DNA of 64,000 bases from positions 8,438 to 72,437 of the forward strand of contig NZFU01000002.1 of assembly GCA_002689345.1 (NCBI GenBank), written 5' to 3'. Made by a program: the position numbers and the translations under genes. Below are positions 57,176 through 64,000 of the stretch, in pieces (positions within the stretch are counted from its first letter, which is position 1; each line of letters begins with the position of its first letter). Below the pieces are notes generated by a model. The model searched no databases. It had not been told where the DNA came from and worked only from the letters and a program-made list of their open reading frames with translations. Origin of the DNA: Methanobacteriota archaeon. GTDB taxonomy: Archaea; Thermoplasmatota; Poseidoniia; Poseidoniales; Poseidoniaceae.

Positions 57176-60100
57176 ATGGACATGAGAAGTGTTAGATTAA
57201 ATAACAAGGAAATGGGACGGACAATTGTGAACCGTAAGGCGTTTATCCTAATTGCTCTGATGATTTTAGTTTCAGCAAGTCCACTATTATCTTCAACATC
57301 TGCTAACGAAGTCGAAGATATTGTGATTCTTGATACTGCAGTCAATCCTGCCAATAACCACACCTACCATTTGTTATCAGCATCATCTTGGAGTGATGCT
57401 GCAACCGTTGCTCGTAGTCTTGATGGATTCTTGGTAACCATAGATGATGCTGAAGAAGACGAGTGGATTTTCGATACATTTGCCAGTGGAAATGACACCA
57501 CACGTCACCTATGGATCGGTCTTTCAGATTCACAAGAAGAGGGAGATTATCGCTGGCATGATGGAACTCCATTCATGTATCGAAATTGGGGTGAAGGGCA
57601 GCCTGGAAGTGGGGATGACGAAGATTATGTCCACATTACAGGAACCAATATGGGATCTATCGAGCCAGCGGATTGGAACGATTTAGAAGATGACCCACAA
57701 TACTTCCCTGTCTATGGGGTAGTTGAGATTGGTGAAGGTGCTGATTATGCCCTCAGGTTTGATGGCGATGACGACCACATAATCATCGATGAAGAAATGC
57801 CAGATTGGGATGGCCATATTGAGATTGAAGCATGGGTCAATGTTCCAGATACAGATGGAATACAATTTATCACAATGTTCGGAGATTATGGATGGGGTCT
57901 TTATCTGAATAATGGAGACTTAGCCTATTCAAATCAATATTCAATGTCACAGAATCCAGTTTCAAACCAATCCATTCAAGAAAATGTATGGACTCATGTT
58001 AAGGTAGTCGTAAATACCACAAACGGTGGTGAATTTTTCATTGACAACCAATCAGCAGGTTTGATTGATGTAAATGATTCACAAATTCCAAGTGGTGACT
58101 TCGGTTCAAATGACTGCTTCCAATCAGGAGATGATTGTGATGAGTTGTTTATTGGAAAGATGGGAGCAGGTTGTGACTGTAACTACTTCCGTGGAATGCT
58201 TGATGATGTTATTATTAGTAATTCGATGAATGAAAGTATGTGGATGTTCACTGAAGGTGAAGGTGCATCAACCGTTGATTCACAAAATCGTGAGGGGGAA
58301 ATAATTGGCGCATCATGGGTTATGCCCGATGGAACAATTATTGCCCAGGCTGTTGAAATAGAAAATGGTGAATTCTATGATGGAATCGATGCAAATGCTG
58401 GAGACACCTTGCTATTTTTCATGGAGATTCCTGAAAACACCCAATATCTGAGTCTCAGTATGTACACATGGGAATTTGATTTCGAAGCGGAAGAAACATC
58501 TGAAGAAATAGAAATTGAAATATATATTTCGAAAGATGAAATTCCTTCGGCTTGGGACCATGACTATGAAGTGATCACATATGATTGGGGATTGTATGTC
58601 TATGAATACTTTGAATGGCCTGATGAAGGGACATATTGGATGACAGTTTCTTCCAATTATGAAATTTCAAACCTAGAGATAAATGCATACTGGGAACTTG
58701 CACCTGAGCCGCCGGAACTCGATGATATGACTGAACTTAATGATGGCATTGCAGTTACTGGTCAAACCATCACAAGAAATAGTGACAAACCCCTCTACTA
58801 CTATGTAGATTTACAAGATGAGTTGGCAGAATTACGTGTCAACACATGGGGCGGACCTGGTGATTGTGAACTGCACATAGCCCTAGGAGCCCTACCGATG
58901 ACCGATGATTGGGGATGGGATGATTTTGAGTCACAAAGTTCGAGTTCAGACACTAGCGGTCGACAAATCGGTGGTGGGCAAGAAACCTCAGACCATTCAT
59001 ACAATCCGGGTAATGATGAAACTGTGCAAATTTTCGATGCCCAACCGGGTATTTACTACATCATGATGACATCTTATAGTGGATGCAGACAAGTATCAAT
59101 ACAAGCTGATTTCACATATAGTCCAGACAATGTTGACCCTGAATCTGCTATCGAATTAACCGCTGGAATTTCCTATGGTCCACTTAGTGGATTCGAGGGA
59201 TTAGACCAATATTTCTACATCGATGTACCAGTGGGAACTGAGCGCTTAGAAGTTGATTTGAATAATGGTGATGGAGAGGCTAAATTGATGATGAGGCTCG
59301 ACCAATATCCAACATGGACAACCTATGACAAGCACTCTAATGCACCAGGTGCTGGTGATAAAATTGGATTTAATGATCCAACTCCTGGACGATGGTACAT
59401 ATTATTGGGCAGTGAAGAATATTACAGTCGTATCGATATTACAGCATCCTTTGAAGACCGCTATGTATGGACATATGATGGTGAACCTATTCAGTTATTC
59501 AATGATGAAGAGATTGGAGGAATTAGTGCTCCAGAAGGAGAAGAATTGTACTTCTTCATAGATTTAGGTGATGATGTTGCTTCAGATTTATTCATTGAAA
59601 CATGGGGTGGCGAAGGCGACCTAGCACTATTTGCCGAAGTTGAGGAAATCGACTGGGAAGACATGAACGGTGGCGGGCCAGGAGGTCGACAATGGGGCGA
59701 AAATGGAGAATATGAATCCGATAATGGTGAGGCTAATGAAGAAATAAGTATATTCTTTGCAACAGGTCAAATAGACATCACAATGTATGCAAATACTGAC
59801 ATTGAGGATATATCGATTATCGCAGTATGGGAAATATTTGATGCACCGGGACCTGGGCCAGACCCAGACCCAGACCCAGAACCAAACCCAGACCTAGAAA
59901 TTATTCCGTGTGATGAATATGCTTTGGAATTGTTTGAAGAGATGGATAGAAACTCTGATGGCGATTTAGGTCCAGAAGAAATGGATGAAGATGAATTAGA
60001 AGAATTTGACACCAACAGGGATGGTGTTATTGACATCAATGAATTAACAATGAGTGCTTGTACATGTGAAAATGAAATATGGATGACATTCATGCAAGTA

Positions 60101-60631
60101 GATTCTGATGAGTTGAGCATTGAATTCATGTCAAGTGTGGCTTGGAAGAATGAACATGATTTCTTTGCAATCGATAGAAATAATGACAATTATATTGACT
60201 CGATAGAAGTTGATGATTATGCTGAAACCTGTGTAACAACTTATGATCCTAATGACCGTGATGGAGATGGAACTCCAGACGATAAGGATGCATTCCCAGA
60301 TGACCCAGACGAAGACACTGACACTGACGGGGATGGAGTTGGTGATAATTCCGATATTATTGCCTCTGTAGACAATGACATTATTTGGGTATCATCTAGC
60401 ATATTAGGATTGATTTTAGTTACTGTGTTAGGTTATGTATTCATGCGTTCAAAGAGTGAACCTGAATATGCTTGGGAATATCACAAAGATAAGATGTCTG
60501 AATCTATGCTGGATAATTTACAACCAGTAAATGATGATTTAGCACCCGAAGAGGTCCCCCCAGCTTTAGACTTAGGACCACCAACAAAGGATGTTCCTGA
60601 CGATATGAAAGTTGCAGATCTCTACGATTGA
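57176..60631 (+). CDS. Large cell-surface protein with a signal peptide, a C-type-lectin-like domain, a LamG/ConA-like domain, about 4 PPC (pre-peptidase C-terminal) domains, a PD-repeat linker, EF-hand/dockerin-like Ca loops, TSP3-like poly-Asp repeats, a TM anchor, and a 70-aa cytoplasmic tail
   Basis: The CTLD-like block is WSDAATVARSLDGFLVTIDDAEEDEWIFDTF...HLWIGLSDSQEEGDYRWHDGTPFMYRNWGEGQPG...WNDLEDD, which includes WIGL and WND. LamG-like beta strands follow. PPC-like blocks are YYYVDL...GDCELHIALG..GIYYIMM, QYFYIDVPVG...GRWYILL and LYFFIDLG...GDLALFA. EF loops are DRNSDGDLGPEE, DTNRDGVIDINE and DRNNDNYIDSIE. The TSP3-like run is DPNDRDGDGTPDDKDAFPDDPDEDTDTDGDGVGDNSD. The TM helix is ILGLILVTVLGYVFM. 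The start was set to the ATG at 57176. Alternatives are 57212, or TTG at 57104. Confidence 0.65.
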   Translation: MDMRSVRLNNKEMGRTIVNRKAFILIALMILVSASPLLSSTSANEVEDIVILDTAVNPANNHTYHLLSASSWSDAATVARSLDGFLVTIDDAEEDEWIFDTFASGNDTTRHLWIGLSDSQEEGDYRWHDGTPFMYRNWGEGQPGSGDDEDYVHITGTNMGSIEPADWNDLEDDPQYFPVYGVVEIGEGADYALRFDGDDDHIIIDEEMPDWDGHIEIEAWVNVPDTDGIQFITMFGDYGWGLYLNNGDLAYSNQYSMSQNPVSNQSIQENVWTHVKVVVNTTNGGEFFIDNQSAGLIDVNDSQIPSGDFGSNDCFQSGDDCDELFIGKMGAGCDCNYFRGMLDDVIISNSMNESMWMFTEGEGASTVDSQNREGEIIGASWVMPDGTIIAQAVEIENGEFYDGIDANAGDTLLFFMEIPENTQYLSLSMYTWEFDFEAEETSEEIEIEIYISKDEIPSAWDHDYEVITYDWGLYVYEYFEWPDEGTYWMTVSSNYEISNLEINAYWELAPEPPELDDMTELNDGIAVTGQTITRNSDKPLYYYVDLQDELAELRVNTWGGPGDCELHIALGALPMTDDWGWDDFESQSSSSDTSGRQIGGGQETSDHSYNPGNDETVQIFDAQPGIYYIMMTSYSGCRQVSIQADFTYSPDNVDPESAIELTAGISYGPLSGFEGLDQYFYIDVPVGTERLEVDLNNGDGEAKLMMRLDQYPTWTTYDKHSNAPGAGDKIGFNDPTPGRWYILLGSEEYYSRIDITASFEDRYVWTYDGEPIQLFNDEEIGGISAPEGEELYFFIDLGDDVASDLFIETWGGEGDLALFAEVEEIDWEDMNGGGPGGRQWGENGEYESDNGEANEEISIFFATGQIDITMYANTDIEDISIIAVWEIFDAPGPGPDPDPDPEPNPDLEIIPCDEYALELFEEMDRNSDGDLGPEEMDEDELEEFDTNRDGVIDINELTMSACTCENEIWMTFMQVDSDELSIEFMSSVAWKNEHDFFAIDRNNDNYIDSIEVDDYAETCVTTYDPNDRDGDGTPDDKDAFPDDPDEDTDTDGDGVGDNSDIIASVDNDIIWVSSSILGLILVTVLGYVFMRSKSEPEYAWEYHKDKMSESMLDNLQPVNDDLAPEEVPPALDLGPPTKDVPDDMKVADLYD

Positions 60632-61581
60632 GATTTCTTTCTACCCGGAGCAAGACCTAATGGTCGCAATAACGCAAGTACGTGCCTATGCATTTGAGGC
60701 AGCATTTCAAACAAGACTAATGCTAGCAAAAACATAGCACCTAGAGATACAAACCTAGATGCATATGCATGGCCAAATTCGAATATGCTTAGATTCATCC
60801 ACTGCCATTCAGGATATCCCATCTGTAACCAAATAAGTCCTGCATTTCTAAACAAATTCAGGATATGAATCAGAGATAATGCAATGAATAGAGCTCTAAC
60901 ACGCTTTCTCCAGTCAATGTCGAGAACTGATATCGCTCCAACAAATATTATCATCGATTGAATAGCAGTACATGCTAGAACGAAATTAATGTATAGTGGC
61001 TCACCATTTACTAGTAACTCGGTATGAAATGAAAACTCAGACATTTCATCTGTTAAGAACCATTTATTTCCATCCCAATCATTCCAGAGAACTTGTTCTG
61101 AATTAGCAGGGTTGGCATATGTATCACCTAAAGTAACATCAGCACCTCCACCAAATGAAAGTAGAGCCGCTGATTGCCATGCGACGAACCAAATTGCTAG
61201 TATATTCAGCATTGGAACATGAGCGATTAGTAGGTATGGAAGTCCTGCTACTGCAACCGTACCTCTAAACCATTTCAATGCTTTAGCATATTTTTCCTCT
61301 GAAACATTTCTCTCCCAAAGTGCAATAGCAACTGCTCCCGGTAATGTAAGGGCACTCATTATTGTCAGCACTGGATCATCATGAGTGATGTAAAAACCAA
61401 CATCATTAAAGAAATAAAAACCAGTGAAAATCCAACCTAGTGGAGCTATTGATTCAAAGCGACCTTTGCGGCTTTTCCAGGTGATAAAAAGAATCAACAT
61501 GCCAATCACACCGAGAACGGTTGCGATTGACCTATCGACCAGATAGTCGCCTGCCATGCTACGCCAAGAATGGTGTTTCAT
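60622..61581 (-). CDS. Polytopic membrane protein, a candidate exosortase/archaeosortase-family transpeptidase
   Basis: It is 319 aa with about 8 TM helices. An extracytoplasmic loop precedes a TM helix containing VLACTAIQS (compare the exosortase ACSG Cys motif). NLFRNAGLIWL follows (compare the conserved N..R motif), and then FEFGHAYASR. It is flanked on both sides by secreted-protein genes. This call is from memory of the motifs and is tentative. Confidence 0.35.
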   Translation of the reverse strand: MKHHSWRSMAGDYLVDRSIATVLGVIGMLILFITWKSRKGRFESIAPLGWIFTGFYFFNDVGFYITHDDPVLTIMSALTLPGAVAIALWERNVSEEKYAKALKWFRGTVAVAGLPYLLIAHVPMLNILAIWFVAWQSAALLSFGGGADVTLGDTYANPANSEQVLWNDWDGNKWFLTDEMSEFSFHTELLVNGEPLYINFVLACTAIQSMIIFVGAISVLDIDWRKRVRALFIALSLIHILNLFRNAGLIWLQMGYPEWQWMNLSIFEFGHAYASRFVSLGAMFLLALVLFEMLPQMHRHVLALLRPLGLAPGRKKSQS

Positions 61582-61819
61582 CTAATGGCTTCGCCTTAAT
61601 GGGCATAGGAGGTTCCTTTCGAAGAACATGGTAAAAGAGCCATTGGGAGAGTCAAAATTCAATATTGACTTGTATTGACGGCTGAATTCAATTCTTGTAT
61701 ATTACTAGGCTCCATATTCTAACTTTAAAATGTGATTCTGAATTTTAGATCATAAATTTGATTTGAATTATTTTTTACATCCCTCACTAAATTTACACGT
61801 AAGGTTATTTTTTCTAACA

Positions 61820-61832
61820 AACGATAAATAGA
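61820..61832 (+). promoter_or_regulatory. TATA-box-like element (cgATAAATAgag) about 26 nt upstream of ATG 61853, consistent with a leaderless archaeal promoter
   Basis: It lies in an AT-rich 270-bp divergent intergenic region. Its spacing to the start codon matches the archaeal TATA position of -26/-27. A second TTTAAAA element lies at about 61724. Confidence 0.3.
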
Positions 61833-61852
61833 GAAGAGTATGTCACCAATTG

Positions 61853-64000
61853 ATGCTCGCCAATCCGACCGCTAGGACTTCCATAATACTCGTGTTCCTT
61901 CTAATCTCTTCTTTGGCTTCAGGGATGTTTTCTGATTTGACTGAATTGCAAGATGAAAATACACAGGAAGAAGTTACTGGACGCTCTTTGAGTCAATTAG
62001 GATGGGAATGGGCCATAAAAGATCAAAACGCGGGCAATACGATTTCCAAAGCCCTTCATGTAGATGCAACTGATGGGGATATTTTCGTTGCAGGAGTATT
62101 TTCAGGGGGTACTATAGTCCTTGGAAATGATGTATTACTAAACCGAGGTGGTTTCGATATTTTCTTAGGAAAACTCGATTATCAAGGCAATTGGATTTGG
62201 GGAACTTCAATCGGGGGGCCTGGTGACGACCAAATTCAGGATATGGTTGTCGATTCTAATGAGGTAATAACTCTAGTGGGTGCATTCAATTCTAGTGTTT
62301 TCACTGCAGGTAATCATTCTGTAAATAATGGCGGAGGATATGATGGATTCATAGTAAACCATCTGAATTCAAGCGGTGGATGGATGAATCTAGATTCGAT
62401 TACTGGAAGTGGTAATGAAAACATTACAGGAGTTGATGTAAACTCATCAGGAGGGTTGATTGTTTCTGGTTGGTTTGATGGTTCAAGTGCTCAACTAGGC
62501 CAAGTCAATCTTACATCGAATGGTGGAGCGGACATGTTTTTCGCAACTGTTTCAAATACTGGATATTGGGGCTGGGTTAGGCAATATGGAAGTGCAGGTG
62601 ATGAGAAGGCTAACGATATAGTTTGGAGCCCCTCGAATAAATTCGTTGCAGTAGGGGAGTTCAATAGTTCATCTTTACAATTCAATTCATCTACTGTATC
62701 TCACGGTGGTGGACAAGGACTGGATAGTTTTGTTATCAGGTCAAATATGAATGCTGTTGAATGGGTTAGGAAGCCAATTTACATCCAAGGTGACCGTGCA
62801 ACGCACGTTACTATTGATGGAATTGGAAACACGTTTGTTGGAGGCCAATATGAGATTGGCAATACAATGACTTGGGGTGCTGTTCAAGCTAGTTGCTATA
62901 ATGGATTGAAGGGCTTTTATGTAACAAAAATTTCAAGCGCAGGTTCAGTTGGGTGGGCTCAAAACTACTGCGCTAGATATAGTTCAAACTATTATCAGTC
63001 ATCATTGACAAGCCTAAATTCAACCGGTTCTGTTTTGATTGTGGGTTCTGAAACAAATACGGGTATCAAGACTGAAGGCTCTACATCTTGGAGCAATTGT
63101 GGAGGCCATAATTATCGAAATACAGCCTTATTCAAATTAGCTGCTAGTTCAGGACAAGTTGACACCTGTACTTCGATTATGGATACAACTGTTGGAGGGG
63201 CTGTTTGGCAATCGGCACCAATCAACAAAATGATATTAGCAATGGAGAGACATGGGGATTATGATAACACCAACGGAATACAGGCTGACATCGATACTGA
63301 TACATCAGCTGTTCTAATTTCAAATATGTCATCTAATGGTAATTCATTACAATGGCAAAAAAGTGTTGGAGCAACCGATCATGATTCCATATTTGCGATA
63401 GATTATTCCAATTCTTCTGGAATAATTACAGTAGCAGGAATTATGCAAAGTAACTCTTTGAGATTGGGTTCACATGTACTTAGTATGGGAGATAATCCAA
63501 AGGGTGAAGGGGCGGCCTTCTTTATTGCTCAGATAGATTCTAACGGTAATTGGATTGGTGGAGAAGTAGCACCCTTTGGTATGAATGATTTGAGCGATAA
63601 CTATCCAAAATGGTATTTGGGCGGAGATATGGCTGTTGCCGCAAACGGCACAGTATATCTTCTAGGGCTATATGATCAATCGATTTATTTTAATGGGTCC
63701 AATTATTCACTTAATGAATATTATAACAATCAATACTTCTTAGCAAGTTGGAACGCTACTAATGGGTGGTTACATGCAGAAAACCTACCATTAAATGATA
63801 ATGAAGAAGCAAAAATTGCTTTGGATGGAAATGGAACATTGTACTTGGTTGGTAAATGCCAGTATAACACTTACATGAATCTCCAATCGTATTCAAGTGG
63901 TGGATGTATTGCAAAACGTAGTGTGGGTTGGGATTGGATACACCATGGCGGTGGTGGTTGCGAGATCGATGCTGTTGCAGCAACTACAAACGGTGCATAT
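61853..64000 (+). CDS. Partial CDS (5' end in the window, open to the window end; at least 716 aa): a secreted beta-propeller repeat (SBBP-like) protein with a signal peptide and many N-x-S/T sequons. It was not in the ORF track.
   Basis: I translated every codon manually from ATG 61853 to 64000 and found no stop. The N-terminus MLANPTARTSIILVFLLISSLASG is a signal peptide. Repeats such as GGPGDDQIQDMVVDSNEVITLVGAFNSSVFTAG, SAGDEKANDIVWSPSNKFVAVGEFNSSSLQF and GGGYDGFIVNHLNSSGGW recur about every 45-50 aa, which fits the SBBP pattern (G.D.a.gIavDssGn.yvtG.t.s.dF). Confidence 0.6.
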   Translation, partial: MLANPTARTSIILVFLLISSLASGMFSDLTELQDENTQEEVTGRSLSQLGWEWAIKDQNAGNTISKALHVDATDGDIFVAGVFSGGTIVLGNDVLLNRGGFDIFLGKLDYQGNWIWGTSIGGPGDDQIQDMVVDSNEVITLVGAFNSSVFTAGNHSVNNGGGYDGFIVNHLNSSGGWMNLDSITGSGNENITGVDVNSSGGLIVSGWFDGSSAQLGQVNLTSNGGADMFFATVSNTGYWGWVRQYGSAGDEKANDIVWSPSNKFVAVGEFNSSSLQFNSSTVSHGGGQGLDSFVIRSNMNAVEWVRKPIYIQGDRATHVTIDGIGNTFVGGQYEIGNTMTWGAVQASCYNGLKGFYVTKISSAGSVGWAQNYCARYSSNYYQSSLTSLNSTGSVLIVGSETNTGIKTEGSTSWSNCGGHNYRNTALFKLAASSGQVDTCTSIMDTTVGGAVWQSAPINKMILAMERHGDYDNTNGIQADIDTDTSAVLISNMSSNGNSLQWQKSVGATDHDSIFAIDYSNSSGIITVAGIMQSNSLRLGSHVLSMGDNPKGEGAAFFIAQIDSNGNWIGGEVAPFGMNDLSDNYPKWYLGGDMAVAANGTVYLLGLYDQSIYFNGSNYSLNEYYNNQYFLASWNATNGWLHAENLPLNDNEEAKIALDGNGTLYLVGKCQYNTYMNLQSYSSGGCIAKRSVGWDWIHHGGGGCEIDAVAATTNGAY

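Overview
The window is a gene-dense (about 90% coding) archaeal chromosomal segment with about 42% GC. The protein set (PAN, PriS, RFC large subunit, SRP54, archaeal-type ProRS/GlyRS/MetRS, split transketolase, aMBF1, Tsr3) and the many acidic, N-glycosylation-sequon-rich surface proteins suggest a marine planktonic euryarchaeon of Thermoplasmatota (Marine Group II/III-like). That lineage call is inference.

The core content covers five groups of genes:
- Histidine catabolism: hutH and hutU, plus separately encoded formimidoyltransferase and cyclodeaminase genes.
- A YdeP/FdhF-like molybdoenzyme with FdhD, an MFS transporter and an S15 peptidase.
- Menaquinone synthesis by the futalosine route: mqnD, mqnA and a radical-SAM mqnC/E gene.
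- Transport and central metabolism: a Ca-type P-ATPase, an OPT transporter, tktN-tktC-tal and a trkA-trkH operon.
- Information processing: proS, srp54, rfcL, glyS, metG and an unusually long (1764 aa) Lhr-like helicase.

The accessory part is the more interesting half:
- A half-size deoxyhypusine-hydroxylase-like HEAT protein (candidate archaeal DOHH).
- Several membrane proteins with polyacidic or polybasic (histone-H1-like KKAAP) cytoplasmic tails.
- A polyproline protein with duplicated acidic modules.
- EF-hand-containing membrane and surface proteins.
- A 1150-aa adhesin-like protein with a cysteine-less C-type-lectin-like domain, LamG, PPC, EF-hand and TSP3 modules.
- A candidate exosortase/archaeosortase-like membrane protein wedged between two surface-protein genes.
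- An ArsA/GET3-HSP20 fusion.
- A zinc-ribbon/transglutaminase-like protein translationally coupled to trkA.

Two real genes were missing from the ORF track because they run off the window edges:
- A zinc-ribbon/EF-hand membrane protein at 1-1399 on the minus strand.
- An SBBP-like beta-propeller repeat protein at 61853-64000 on the plus strand.

No rRNA, tRNA, CRISPR array, integrase or transposase was recognised.
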